A DNA stretch of 52,439 bases from Gemmatimonadota bacterium (lineage in GTDB: Bacteria; Gemmatimonadota; Gemmatimonadetes; Gemmatimonadales; JACORV01). The DNA is taken from NCBI GenBank assembly GCA_016179225.1, contig JACORV010000119.1, positions 1 through 52,439 on the forward strand, written 5' to 3'. A program made the position numbers and the translations under genes. The notes under the pieces are model-generated. The model worked only from the letters and a program-made list of their open reading frames with translations. It did no database searches and was not told the origin of the DNA. Below, piece by piece: positions 28,733 through 38,524 of this stretch; the first letter of the stretch is position 1; every line of letters starts with the position of its first letter.

Positions 28733-29802
28733 CGCTCTCCACGGGCGGCGGGGACGCGCCGGGGCTGAACGCGGTCATCCGGGGAGCGGTCCTGGCCGCC
28801 GTCAGCAGGGGCTGGTCGGTGTACGGCATCCAGCGCGGCTACGGCGGGCTGCTCGGCAACGACCGCGTGGTCTCCCTCGGTGCCGACGAGGTGCGCGGAA
28901 TCACGCACGTGGGCGGCACGATTCTCGGCACGACCAACCGTGGCGATCCGTTCAAGTGGCCGACGCCGCAGCCCGACGGGTCGATCAAGGAGGTCGACCG
29001 CTCCGACGACATCCTGGCCGCGTTCGCGGCGCATGGCTTCGACGCATTGGTGACGATCGGGGGCGACGGGAGCCTCCGCATCGCGCAGAAGCTCTATGAG
29101 AAGGGCCTTCCCTTGGTGGGCGTGCCGAAGACGATCGACAACGACGTGAGCGGGACGGTGATGACTTTCGGCTTCGACACGGCGGTGTCCACGGCCACCG
29201 ACGCGCTCGACAAGGTGCACTCGACGGCGGAGAGCCACGACCGGGTGATGGTGGTCGAGGTGATGGGACGCTACGCCGGGTGGATCGCGCTCAACGCCGG
29301 GCTGTCGGGCAGCGCGGACGTGATCCTCATTCCCGAGATCCCGTTCGACATCGAGAGCGTGTGCCGCAAGATCCGGGAGCGCGACGCGCGGGGCCGCCGG
29401 TTCAGCGTGGTGGTGGTGGCGGAGGGTGCGACATCGAAGGGTGGCGGCCACGTGGTACAGGCATCCGCGGCGCCCGGCGGGATGGAGCGGCTGGGCGGGA
29501 TCGCGGCCGTCGTGGCGAAGGAGATCGAGGTGCGGACGGGCAAGGAGACGCGCGCGCTCACCCTCGGGCACCTCCAGCGCGGCGGCACGCCGACGACATT
29601 CGACCGCCTGCTCTCGCTGCGGTTCGGCGCGGCGGCGATCCGGTGCATTGCCGGCGGGACGTTCGGCGTGATGGTCGCGCTCACGCCGCCCACGGTCAGC
29701 TTCGTGTCCCTCAAGGAAGCGCTCGCGAAACCCAAGCTGGTGCCGCTCGACGCCGACACGATTCTGACGGCGCGCGAAATCGGCGTCTGCCTGGGCGACT
29801 GA
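28723..29802 (+). CDS. pfkA: 6-phosphofructokinase
   Basis: STGGGDAPGLNAVIRG, TIGGDGS, PKTIDND, MGRYAGWIA. GTG start overlaps the selW-like gene by 10 nt. Confidence 0.9.
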   Translation: MRIALSTGGGDAPGLNAVIRGAVLAAVSRGWSVYGIQRGYGGLLGNDRVVSLGADEVRGITHVGGTILGTTNRGDPFKWPTPQPDGSIKEVDRSDDILAAFAAHGFDALVTIGGDGSLRIAQKLYEKGLPLVGVPKTIDNDVSGTVMTFGFDTAVSTATDALDKVHSTAESHDRVMVVEVMGRYAGWIALNAGLSGSADVILIPEIPFDIESVCRKIRERDARGRRFSVVVVAEGATSKGGGHVVQASAAPGGMERLGGIAAVVAKEIEVRTGKETRALTLGHLQRGGTPTTFDRLLSLRFGAAAIRCIAGGTFGVMVALTPPTVSFVSLKEALAKPKLVPLDADTILTAREIGVCLGD

Positions 29803-29808
29803 GCGCGC

Positions 29809-32361
29809 GTGCATCCCGCCCGAGACCACTACCTCCCACCGGATCGGCAGGCCTTCCACGCGGCGCGGCCCGCCACCGGTCGCGTCGTGGTCATCGCGCC
29901 CACCCGCGCGGCGTGCGAGACCATCGAGCTCGCGATGGGTCTCTATCTCGAGACGATCCTGGAGGCCGAGCACGGCGAGGAGCTGCGCGAGCTGGCGGGG
30001 AGCGGGGACGGCTTCGGGATCGTGGCGGGGACCGGGACGGGCAAGACGCTCGGGATCCGGCCGATGGCCGAAGCGATCCTGTGCGCGCCGCTCCGGGTCG
30101 GCGTGGTCAATCGCGAGCGGGAGGCGACGCCGGAGACGCCGACGTGGAACGTCGTGATCGTCACGACCGGGATCGCGCGGCGCTGGTTCCAGGCGGGCCT
30201 CATCACCGGCGACGACACGCTGGTGGCGGACGAGATCCACCAGACGTCGGCCGAGCTCGAGCTCTGCCTGGCGCTCGGCAAGCGCGCGGGTTGCCGCTTC
30301 ATCTGGCTTTCGGCCACCGTGGACCCGTCGTTCTACGCGCGGTACCTCGAGTCGCGTCGGGTCATCGAGAGCAGCGCGTTCGACCCATTACTGGCCGCGC
30401 GGGTTCGCGTGGCGCCGATGCCGGTGGGCGAGTTTCTGGACGCCAGGTTTCTGCGGCGCGTCGTCCGGGAGCGTAGGGGCGTGGCGGTGTTCGTCCCCAC
30501 GCGCGCGGAGGTCGAGGCGCTCGCGGGCGGCATTGGGGCGCGGTGGCCTGCCCTAACCACCGCGTTCTACCACGGCGGTGAGCCGATCCGCGTGATCCGT
30601 CCCTTTCTCGACGGCAGCGCGCCCAAGCCGTACCTGCTCGCGATGACGGCGGCGGGGCAGTCGGCGCTCAACATCCGCGGGCTCGACACGGTCGTGATCC
30701 TCGACGCGCGATACCAGAACGTCGTCTCACGCGGCCGGAACGTGCTGACGCGCATGCCGCTCGGCGCGAACGAGATCCTGCAGATGGCGGGGCGCGTGCA
30801 CGGACGCGTGGAAGGCGGGGAAGTCACTATCCTGACCGACCGCGACCTCGACTTCGCGACCCTCGAACCTCAGCCGCCCGAGTTTCAGCTAGCTGGAGAC
30901 GCGGAACGAGTTGCGCTCACCTGCGCGGCGCTCGGTGTGGACGCGCGCGACCTGGAGCTCCCCGTGGCGCTCGACCGGCGCGCCTACGCAGCGGCGGTAC
31001 AGTTGCTCGAGGCACGCGGCATCGTCGAGAACGGCGCCCTGACGGCCTACGGCGCCGAGGTCGAGGCGTTGCCGGTCGAGCGTCCGTGGGCCGAGCTCCT
31101 CCTGCATGGTGACGCCGAGCTCGTTCCGGCGATCGCCGTCGTGGCGGCCGTGGAATCCCTCCACCGCATGACCCGCGAGGAACGCATGCTGCGCGGGCTG
31201 GTCGTTCCCGGATCGGATCACCTCACGGCCTACAACCTCTACGCGGAGGCCGTGAACCGCCACGGCACGGTCGGCGAGGTCTACGGGCTCGAGCGGCACG
31301 TCTTCGGGCCCTCGCTCGACGAGTGGGCCGAGGAGCGGGGCGTGCTGGTGAAGGCCATCGAGGACGCGGCGCTGGGGTTCGCGTCGGTTTATCGCGCGCT
31401 CGAGACGGCGCTTCCGCCGCGGCTGGCCTACGCGAACGAGCGCTTGCTAAGGCGATTCCAGGATCTCGTCGCGCGCGTGATGCCGCTCGACCTCGTCATC
31501 GACGAGCAGACGGCCACCGGCGATCCGGTGCGGGTGTCCCGGACGTCGGTGTGCGGGGCATGGGGGGGCGTGGCGGGCGCGATCCGCTACTTCGCCGACC
31601 GCTTCGGGGTGCCCCGGGCCGCGGTCGAAGGGACCCAGCTGCCCTACGATCTGATCCGCCATTACGCGCGCGCCGAAGCGCCCGAGGTCATATACGACCC
31701 GCGACACAATCGCACGCCGCTCGTGGCGCTCCGGCGCCTGCGCTATCACGGCTTCGAGCTCGACAAAGAGATGGAGGTCCTCGACCGGATTCCGTCGGAG
31801 CTCCTGGGGTCGGCGCGCGCGGCCCTCGTGGACGCGGTGATGACCGGGGCCGCGCGCCACAAGGACGCCCGGGTGCTGCGTCACACCCTTGAGCGCCTGG
31901 GGGAGCTATACCGGCGCTCGGGCGGCGCGCTCACGAACGCATCCGGCGCGGCTGTACGCACCGCGCTGGGCGCGCGGCTCAGGGATCTCGTGCGGTACGA
32001 CGACTTCTTGCGCGCGGACCTGGCGCTCTCGGTGGACGAGTTCGTGCCGAAGGAGCAGCGGCGCGCCCTCGAAGCGCTGCCGTCGTGGGTGGACATCGCC
32101 GGCGAGCGATGCCCGGTCGCCTACGAGATTGACGGCGAGCGGGCGATCGCGCGGGTGCGGGTAAAGGAGGGGCTCGCCCGCCGGCTGACGCCCGAGGACC
32201 TGCCCCCGATGGACCGGCCGCTGGTGTTCGCCGTGGTGCGCGGCAAGCACGCAGCCATCCGCGCCGCATCGCTGGAGGAGCTCCGGCGCGAACTCAGCGC
32301 CGGGTCGCGGATTGGCCCGCGGCAATCAGTGCGAGCCAGAAAGCGTCGTAGGCGCTCCTGA
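29809..32361 (+). CDS. DEAH-box ATP-dependent helicase (HrpA/HrpB-like)
   Basis: AGTGTGKT (motif I), DEIH (motif II), SAT (motif III), QMAGRVHGR (motif VI), and a long C-terminal helicase-associated region. Confidence 0.8.
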   Translation: MHPARDHYLPPDRQAFHAARPATGRVVVIAPTRAACETIELAMGLYLETILEAEHGEELRELAGSGDGFGIVAGTGTGKTLGIRPMAEAILCAPLRVGVVNREREATPETPTWNVVIVTTGIARRWFQAGLITGDDTLVADEIHQTSAELELCLALGKRAGCRFIWLSATVDPSFYARYLESRRVIESSAFDPLLAARVRVAPMPVGEFLDARFLRRVVRERRGVAVFVPTRAEVEALAGGIGARWPALTTAFYHGGEPIRVIRPFLDGSAPKPYLLAMTAAGQSALNIRGLDTVVILDARYQNVVSRGRNVLTRMPLGANEILQMAGRVHGRVEGGEVTILTDRDLDFATLEPQPPEFQLAGDAERVALTCAALGVDARDLELPVALDRRAYAAAVQLLEARGIVENGALTAYGAEVEALPVERPWAELLLHGDAELVPAIAVVAAVESLHRMTREERMLRGLVVPGSDHLTAYNLYAEAVNRHGTVGEVYGLERHVFGPSLDEWAEERGVLVKAIEDAALGFASVYRALETALPPRLAYANERLLRRFQDLVARVMPLDLVIDEQTATGDPVRVSRTSVCGAWGGVAGAIRYFADRFGVPRAAVEGTQLPYDLIRHYARAEAPEVIYDPRHNRTPLVALRRLRYHGFELDKEMEVLDRIPSELLGSARAALVDAVMTGAARHKDARVLRHTLERLGELYRRSGGALTNASGAAVRTALGARLRDLVRYDDFLRADLALSVDEFVPKEQRRALEALPSWVDIAGERCPVAYEIDGERAIARVRVKEGLARRLTPEDLPPMDRPLVFAVVRGKHAAIRAASLEELRRELSAGSRIGPRQSVRARKRRRRS

Positions 32362-32884
32362 GCGTGTCGCGGGGATCGCCGGCCGCGAGAGCCAGCGCCA
32401 GACCGTCGAGCAGAACGAGGATCGCCCTGGCGAGCTCGTCGGCGGGAGCCGGCGGGCGCACTCCCAGCTCGCGAAACAGACCGGGCAGCCTCGCGGCCAC
32501 GCGGCCCTGCTCGCCAGCCCGCTCGGCGGCTACCACGGCCGCGATGTCGTGGTTGGCCCGCGCATGCAGGATCAGCTCGCACCAGGCGGCCTCGAGTGGG
32601 TGGTTCGCGAGGTTCTGGACGCTGCTCCATACGGCGTCGAGCGTCGCGAGGCCGCCCGACTCCGAAAACGCCTTGGCGCGCCAATTCGCGCGCGTTCGAG
32701 CGAGTCGCTCGGCTGCCGCAACCAGCAACTTGTCCTTGGTGGCAAAGTGGTAGTGAACGAGGGCGGAAGACACCTGGGCACGGGAGGCAACACTTCCGAT
32801 AGTGAAAGCGTCCAGCCCGTCGGCTGCTATGGCGCCAACGGCAGCCTCGATGATCCGCTCCCTCGTCTCGGCAGAGTTTTTCAT
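32294..32884 (-). CDS. TetR-family transcriptional regulator
   Basis: Start is ATG 32884 (MKNSAETRERIIEAAVGAIAADGLDAFTIGSVASRAQVSSALVHYHFATKDKLL) inside track ORF 32294..32956. Confidence 0.85.
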   Translation of the reverse strand: MKNSAETRERIIEAAVGAIAADGLDAFTIGSVASRAQVSSALVHYHFATKDKLLVAAAERLARTRANWRAKAFSESGGLATLDAVWSSVQNLANHPLEAAWCELILHARANHDIAAVVAAERAGEQGRVAARLPGLFRELGVRPPAPADELARAILVLLDGLALALAAGDPRDTLRSAYDAFWLALIAAGQSATRR

Positions 32885-32885
32885 G

Positions 32886-32905
32886 CTGACTGATGAGTCA
32901 ATCAG
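32886..32905. promoter_or_regulatory. 8-4-8 palindrome CTGACTGA-TGAG-TCAATCAG (one arm mismatch) abutting the TetR start
   Basis: 16/20 identical to the palindrome at 28322-28341 and has the same architecture. It begins 2 nt upstream of the TetR ATG. Confidence 0.5.
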
Positions 32906-32964
32906 CTCCACGGAGCCTGTTTTGTCAAGGCGGCCTGCGTGAGCTGGACGGTCCATGCGGCGCG

Positions 32965-33204
32965 TACTTCCTTTCCATCTGCGCGCTCGGCCGGACGGCT
33001 TCGAGCCTGGTTGCCATGTATGTCTACCTTCAGCCCCTGATCACGTCCGTCGCGGCGCCCCTGCTACTCGGAGAGCAGGTCACTGCTCGCGCAGGCGTGG
33101 CCGCCGGCCTCATCTTCGCGGGGCTGGCACTGGCGACCTGGGGGGAGCAGGCGGCCGGCCGACAGCTCGGGGCGGCCTTCCGACCCCCCTCAGAGGGAGT
33201 GTAG
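32965..33204 (+). pseudogene. C-terminal remnant of an EamA/DMT-family transporter
   Basis: Only about 75 aa (..LGRTASSLVAMYVYLQPLITSVAAPLLLGEQVTARAGVAAGLIFAGLALATWG) resemble the last two helices of an EamA domain. The preceding approximately 220 aa of a normal DMT protein are absent and there is no credible start. Confidence 0.5.
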
Positions 33205-33275
33205 GGCGTCCCAGAGCGAAACCACCCCGGTCCTACACCCGTAGTGAAAGCGGCTGAAAAACCGGGCGAGAACTC

Positions 33276-33692
33276 ATGGTGGAACCTGCTGTGAACCCTG
33301 ACATGCTGGTCAGCGCGCTCGACGCCGTCAGCGACGCGGTCGTCGTCTGCGACGGTGCGGGAGCGGTAGTGCACGCCAATCGCGAGGCGCGCGAGCTGTT
33401 CGGACGCGCCGTTCCGTCGAGCCGCGCAGACGTGATGCGGCACCCGCTCGCGGCGGTCGCGCGGGAGCAGAAGCTCGGGGGCGCGGCGGTCGTGGTCATT
33501 CCGCGTCCGCGCAATTCGCTCACGCTGGCGGAGCGCGAGCGGCAGGACATCGAGCTTGCGCTGGCGGAGTCGGCCTGGCAACTGGCCGTGGCCGCCCGCA
33601 AGCTGGGCATCAGCCGCACGACGCTGTGGCGGCGCCTCAAGCAATACGGGCTTTCCCGTCCTGATCGGCTGATCCCCTTTAACGCGGAATGA
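33276..33692 (+). CDS. Small regulator: PAS-like N-terminus plus a Fis-type HTH (HTH_8)
   Basis: C-terminal ERQDIELALAESAWQLAVAARKLGISRTTLWRRLKQYGL. Stop overlaps the next start (ATGA). Confidence 0.7.
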   Translation: MVEPAVNPDMLVSALDAVSDAVVVCDGAGAVVHANREARELFGRAVPSSRADVMRHPLAAVAREQKLGGAAVVVIPRPRNSLTLAERERQDIELALAESAWQLAVAARKLGISRTTLWRRLKQYGLSRPDRLIPFNAE

Positions 33693-35857
33693 CGCTCGGG
33701 CTGGCCCTCGTTTTCGCGTGGCAGGCCTGGGCTGTGCCGTACCAGGATCCTGCTACGGCCTTGCTCATCGCCCGGGCGCGCGAGCGTCATCGGCAGCTCG
33801 ACGCGGCGGTCCAGAACTATCAGGCGACCGTCCACACCCGCATTGACGCGAACGTCGGCCGCGGGCGTTTCGCGCGGCTGATCCCGCTGGCCGCCATCGA
33901 ACAGGAATCGGAGCTTTCCTGGCAGGCGCCCAACGACGTACGCGTCGTGGCGATCGGACAGCGGACCCGGACGGCCCTGGCCGGCACCCACGTCGAGGCC
34001 GCATGGACGCGGCCGTGGTTCATCCCGCGCTTCCTCGGCGACAGCATCCGGCTCCTCGACGAGGACTTCCCGAACCGCGCGGCCATCCATCCGCTCGCCG
34101 CGGGCGCCGAAGGCTTCTACAGGTACGCGATCGAGGATTCGCTGGAGCTCGCGCTCCCGGGGCGCACGGTCCGGGCGGTCGGCGTGAGGGTCACTCCGAC
34201 GCGCGCCGACGCCGCGCTGATCGCCGGTGAGATCTGGCTCGACGGGGAGACCGCCGAGACGGTCCGTCTCACGTTCGCGTTCGTGGGTCGCCGGCTGTGG
34301 GCCGATCCGGAGGGGAACACGCGGCGAGACAGCGTTCGCGCGGACCGGGCAAACGCGATGGGGATGCGCGTCCTGCGTGTGACGGCGGACCTCGAGTACG
34401 GTCTGTTCGAGAACCGGTACTGGCTTCCGTTCCGGCAGTCGCTCACGCTGAACGCGGAGCTCCCGTGGGTCCAGAACCTCGTCGTCCCGATCCACTTCAT
34501 CACCTCGTTCCGCAACGTGAGGGTGAATCGAGGCGCCCCCATCGGCTTCACGATGGCGCTGCCGGACACTGGGAGCGCGGAGCGTCGGGAGCCGCTGGAC
34601 GACGGTGAGCGCAGCGAACGCCGCCAGCGTCGGCGCGAGGACGCCGACTCCGTCTCGCGAGTGCGGCGCGCGCAGGGGTACGCAAGCGGGGGGCGGTGGC
34701 CCGGCGGACGGTACGAGGTGGTCGTGCCCCCCGACTCGACGTTGCGTGCGTACGACCGATGGACGGATTCGATCCGGCTCGGTCTGGAAGCCGAGGACGT
34801 CCAGCGGCTCGAAGAAACCGGTCGCGAGCTGATGCGGACGCTCGAGCGGCTACCGGTGGACCTGACCGGCCGCCCGAGGTTCGGCTTCGCGGTGGATCGC
34901 TTCGCCGACCTCGCGCGTTACAATCGCGCCGAGGGGCTGTCCTTCGGCGTCGGCACCTCGTGGCGCCTCGGCGCACCGTTCCTCTCAGCGAACGTCCGTG
35001 GCCGGTACGCGTTCACCGACCGGCGGCTCCAGGGTTGGCTGGGCCTGCGCCGCGACGCGCCGGGCGCGCGCTCCGAGGTGGCACTGGTCCGGGAAATGTG
35101 GGACGCCGATCCACTGGCGCCGGGCCTCACCGTCGGGAACTCCTTCTCCTCGCTGTGGTTCGCGCACGACGACGGCGCGTACGTCTTCATCGAAGGCGGC
35201 GAGGCGCGGCACCAGCGTCCGTGGGGCCGCCGCGCGGATCTCACGTTGGAGGTGCGTGCGGGCCGGGAATCTGCGCCGCGGCGCCTCGCGAGGTCCGCCG
35301 TCAACGATTTCCTCGGCGGCAGCGGCGCGTTCCAGCCGAACCAACCGGTGATAAGCGGGACGTTCGTGACGGCGAGCGCCGCGGCCGCGGGCGGAAACCC
35401 GGCGCTGTCGTGGCGGGCCGGCCTCGAAGCCACCGCGGGCGACCGCACCTTGGGGCGTGCGTGGCTGTCGGCGACCAGGCGCGCACCGCTCCCGCTGCGG
35501 CTCGACGTGACGGCGTACGGCGCCGCGGGCGCCAGCGTCGGCGACAGCGTGCCCCAGCGGTTGTTCCGTCTCGGCGGCGCACGGACGTTACGGGGATACG
35601 CCGCGGGGGCTCTCCAGGGCGCATCGGCCTGGTCGCTGGGCGTGGACGTGGGGTTGCGGCGGCGTTTCTTCTCGCCAGTGGTCTTCGCCGACGTCGGGCA
35701 AACGGCACCGCATGGCCTATCGTTCACCGGCGATCCCTCCGCGTCGGCGGGCATCGCCATCTCGGCATTGCGCGGCACCGCGCGCCTCCAGGCGGCGCGT
35801 CCCCTGGAGCGCGGAGCGGGCTGGCGATTCGACCTGATCTTCGGAGCTCGCCGCTAG
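33689..35857 (+). CDS. Hypothetical outer-membrane protein, Omp85/surface-antigen-like C-terminal barrel
   Basis: N-terminal signal-like segment. C-terminal region has alternating beta-strand patterns, RLFRLGGARTLRGYAAGAL, and a terminal aromatic-rich strand. The family call is tentative. Confidence 0.55.
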   Translation: MTLGLALVFAWQAWAVPYQDPATALLIARARERHRQLDAAVQNYQATVHTRIDANVGRGRFARLIPLAAIEQESELSWQAPNDVRVVAIGQRTRTALAGTHVEAAWTRPWFIPRFLGDSIRLLDEDFPNRAAIHPLAAGAEGFYRYAIEDSLELALPGRTVRAVGVRVTPTRADAALIAGEIWLDGETAETVRLTFAFVGRRLWADPEGNTRRDSVRADRANAMGMRVLRVTADLEYGLFENRYWLPFRQSLTLNAELPWVQNLVVPIHFITSFRNVRVNRGAPIGFTMALPDTGSAERREPLDDGERSERRQRRREDADSVSRVRRAQGYASGGRWPGGRYEVVVPPDSTLRAYDRWTDSIRLGLEAEDVQRLEETGRELMRTLERLPVDLTGRPRFGFAVDRFADLARYNRAEGLSFGVGTSWRLGAPFLSANVRGRYAFTDRRLQGWLGLRRDAPGARSEVALVREMWDADPLAPGLTVGNSFSSLWFAHDDGAYVFIEGGEARHQRPWGRRADLTLEVRAGRESAPRRLARSAVNDFLGGSGAFQPNQPVISGTFVTASAAAAGGNPALSWRAGLEATAGDRTLGRAWLSATRRAPLPLRLDVTAYGAAGASVGDSVPQRLFRLGGARTLRGYAAGALQGASAWSLGVDVGLRRRFFSPVVFADVGQTAPHGLSFTGDPSASAGIAISALRGTARLQAARPLERGAGWRFDLIFGARR

Positions 35858-35893
35858 GCAATCGCGCCGCCGGTTCGTAGGTTCCTTCCCCAG

Positions 35894-36415
35894 ATGCGAC
35901 GGTCGGGCTGGATCATCATCGCGGCGACGGGGTGCGCGGGCGCCCTCATCTCCTGCTCGGGGGACTCGGGGCCGGAGGCCGGGGACGGCGCGCGCGCGGG
36001 ACGGCTGCACTTCGAGCGCGAGGGTCGCGGTGCCGCGCGTCTCGTCGCGGCGCCAGCGCGCGCGACGTACTGCGCATCGGACAGCTCGCTGGTGATCGTG
36101 GCGGTGGATCGCGAGTGGACGGGAGGTGTCGCGATGCGGACTCCCTGGCCTCTCACCGGGCCGCGCCCGTTCACCGTTCGAAGCGGTCTGGAGGGAATCG
36201 GCACGGCGTCCCTCGCGCTCCGGTCGATGGAGGACAGCGTAGGGCCCGCGCTCGTCGCGGTGAGCGGGACGGTGCGGATGGAGGCCGCCGCCACCCCGAC
36301 CGGGCGACTGGATGTCGTCGTGGAGGCGTCGGACGGCTCGCCGGTGCGGGTAAGCGGGACCTTCCGCGCGGTCCCGATCACGGCCGGCTGTGCCGGGGAC
36401 CGACCACCCCGGTGA
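35894..36415 (+). CDS. Lipoprotein, unknown function
   Basis: MRRSGWIIIAATGCAGALISCSG (lipobox LISC). 173 aa. Stop overlaps the next start (GTGA). Confidence 0.6.
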   Translation: MRRSGWIIIAATGCAGALISCSGDSGPEAGDGARAGRLHFEREGRGAARLVAAPARATYCASDSSLVIVAVDREWTGGVAMRTPWPLTGPRPFTVRSGLEGIGTASLALRSMEDSVGPALVAVSGTVRMEAAATPTGRLDVVVEASDGSPVRVSGTFRAVPITAGCAGDRPPR

Positions 36416-37386
36416 CGCTTCCGCGGGCGCTGAGCGATCGCGACGGCGCGGCGGGCCTCGCGGTCGCCCTCTTCACGCTCACCGCTCTGCTCGCGTTCGG
36501 CGCGGAAGGCTCTGCGCGATGGCCGTGGGTCGGTTTTCTCTGGCTTGCGGCGGTGCCGTTCGTGGCGCTGCTCCTGCCGGAGGTGCAGCGCGCCTTGCGC
36601 GAGGCGCTCGCCGCGCGACCGGCGATGGCTGGACGGATCGGTGCCGGCCTCGTCCTCTATGGCGTGACGGTCGCGATCGCGGGCGGCACCGGCCCCTGGT
36701 ACAACCTCCTGCTCTGGCCCGTCTGCATCGCGATCGCGATGGCGGGCGCGGGCGCCGGCGGCGACGCGGAGCCCTCGGGTGGCCGCCTCCTCCTCAGCGC
36801 GCTTGGCATCTGGGCGCTGGCGGGCCTGTTCGATCGCGCGCTCCGCATTCGCGTGCCCGGCGGCACGCAAGTCGGGCTCGCGTACCTTGCCGCGATCGAT
36901 CTCGGACTGTTCCTCTTCCTGGTCGTGCGGCCGCTCAAGAGCTTCGACGTACGCGTCGGGCTGCGGGCGCGGGAGCTCGGCATCGCGCTTCTGGCGGTCG
37001 CGGCGCTCGTCGCGGTCGTGCTCCCGCTTGGCCTCGCCATCGGATTCCTCCGCCTGGAAACGCGGTGGGAGGGCACTGTCGCGGCGGCCGCGCGACTGAT
37101 CGGTCTGATCCTGTTCGTGGGCCTGCCGGAAGAGCTGCTGTTCCGGGGACTGATGCAGGAAGGCTTCTCACGACTCTGGACGCCGCGGATCGGCCTCGTG
37201 GTCGGGTCGGTGGTCTTCGGCCTGTCGCACATCGTGAGGCCGTTCCCCAACTGGCAGTACGCGCTGCTGGCGACATTCGCGGGTCTGGCGTACGGTTTGG
37301 TGTACCAGCGGACGCGGAAGCTGTCGGCGTCGGCGGTGACGCATGGCACGGTGGACTGGATCTGGAGCACGTTCCTCCATTCCTAG
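36412..37386 (+). CDS. CPBP-family intramembrane glutamic endopeptidase (CAAX protease/Abi-like)
   Basis: Start is GTG 36412 inside track ORF 35932..37386. Multiple TM helices, with EELLFRG, FGLSH and HGTVD motifs. Confidence 0.8.
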   Translation: MTLPRALSDRDGAAGLAVALFTLTALLAFGAEGSARWPWVGFLWLAAVPFVALLLPEVQRALREALAARPAMAGRIGAGLVLYGVTVAIAGGTGPWYNLLLWPVCIAIAMAGAGAGGDAEPSGGRLLLSALGIWALAGLFDRALRIRVPGGTQVGLAYLAAIDLGLFLFLVVRPLKSFDVRVGLRARELGIALLAVAALVAVVLPLGLAIGFLRLETRWEGTVAAAARLIGLILFVGLPEELLFRGLMQEGFSRLWTPRIGLVVGSVVFGLSHIVRPFPNWQYALLATFAGLAYGLVYQRTRKLSASAVTHGTVDWIWSTFLHS

Positions 37387-37435
37387 CGCGCTGACCTCCG
37401 CGCGCCCCGGCGCCCAGGACGACTCGGCGCTCTGT

Positions 37436-38509
37436 GTGGTGCACCTCGACACGGAGCGCGGGTGGCGTGGAGGCCAGCGCCAGGCGCTGTGGCTCGCGCG
37501 CGCGCTGTCCGCGCGGGGACACCGCTCGATCGTGGCGGCGCGGCCGGAGGGCGAGCTCTTCGGGGCGGCGCTGGCCGCGGGGCTGGAGACGTGGCCGGCG
37601 ACGCCGCGCTTCGAGGTCGATCCGGTGGCCGCGTGGCGATTGGGGGCGCGCCTGGCCGAGGCGGGCGCGGACATCCTTCACGCGCACAGCGCGCATGCGG
37701 TGGGGCTCGGAGCGCTCGCGACACTGCGCGCCGGCACCGCGCTCGTTGCGACCCGGCGCGTGGACTTTCCCCTGCGTCCCAACGCCGGCACGCGCTGGAA
37801 GTACGGCCGGGTAGCCGGGCTCATCGCGATCTCGACTGCCGTGCGCGACGTGCTGGTGAAGAGCGGGATGGCAGCGGAGCGCATCACGATCGTGCCGTCC
37901 GGTGTGGACCTGACGCGAACGATCGACCCGGCTCCGGCCTCGACGCTCGAGGCTCTGGGGGTGCATCCGGGCGCTCCGCTGGTAGTGATGGTGGCGGCGC
38001 TGGTGCCGCACAAGGCTCCGGTGACGTTCGTGCGCGCCGTCGCCGCGGCGGTCGCTGCGGGGACCGCGTTGCAGGCGTTGCTCGTGGGTGACGGGCCGCT
38101 GGCGGGGGAGGTCCGCGTGGAGCGCGACGCGCTCGGACTCGGTGACACGCTGCACCTCGCCGGCCAGCGCGGCGACGCGGATGCGCTCATTGCCGCGTGC
38201 GACGTCTTCGTTTTGAGCTCGCGAGAGGAGGGTCTGGGCACCGTGCTGCTCGACGCGATGTTGTGCGGCAAACCGGTTGCGGCGACCGCCGCGGGAGGGA
38301 TTCGCGACGTGGTGGAGGAGGGGGTCACGGGCCTGCTGGTTCCCGTGGGCGACGCGTCGGCGCTGGGCGCGGCCATCGCCGGCCTTTGCCGTGATCCGGA
38401 GCGCCGTGCCGCCATGGGCGCTGCGGCGAGAAGCCGGGTGGGGCGGTTCGGGTTGGAGCAGACGGCCGCCGGGACGCTGGCCGTGTATCGGCGCGTCCTG
38501 GGCCGGTAA
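37436..38509 (+). CDS. Glycosyltransferase family 4 (GT-B fold)
   Basis: SSREEGLGTVLLDAMLCGKPVAATAAGGIRDVVEEGVTGLLVP (E-x7-E region). Start is uncertain: GTG 37436/37439 (VVHLDTERGWRGGQ) is preferred over ATG 37343, which would overlap the CPBP gene by 44 nt. Confidence 0.8.
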   Translation: MVHLDTERGWRGGQRQALWLARALSARGHRSIVAARPEGELFGAALAAGLETWPATPRFEVDPVAAWRLGARLAEAGADILHAHSAHAVGLGALATLRAGTALVATRRVDFPLRPNAGTRWKYGRVAGLIAISTAVRDVLVKSGMAAERITIVPSGVDLTRTIDPAPASTLEALGVHPGAPLVVMVAALVPHKAPVTFVRAVAAAVAAGTALQALLVGDGPLAGEVRVERDALGLGDTLHLAGQRGDADALIAACDVFVLSSREEGLGTVLLDAMLCGKPVAATAAGGIRDVVEEGVTGLLVPVGDASALGAAIAGLCRDPERRAAMGAAARSRVGRFGLEQTAAGTLAVYRRVLGR

Positions 38510-38524
38510 GGCGAGGGGCGGGCG

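Noticed and set aside
32294-32361. 68-nt convergent overlap between the helicase 3' end and the TetR 3' end, as a possible antisense regulatory feature or frameshift.
   Set aside because: The helicase tail (..ARKRRRRS) is low-complexity and may simply be a slightly extended ORF. Nothing in the sequence indicates a functional element.
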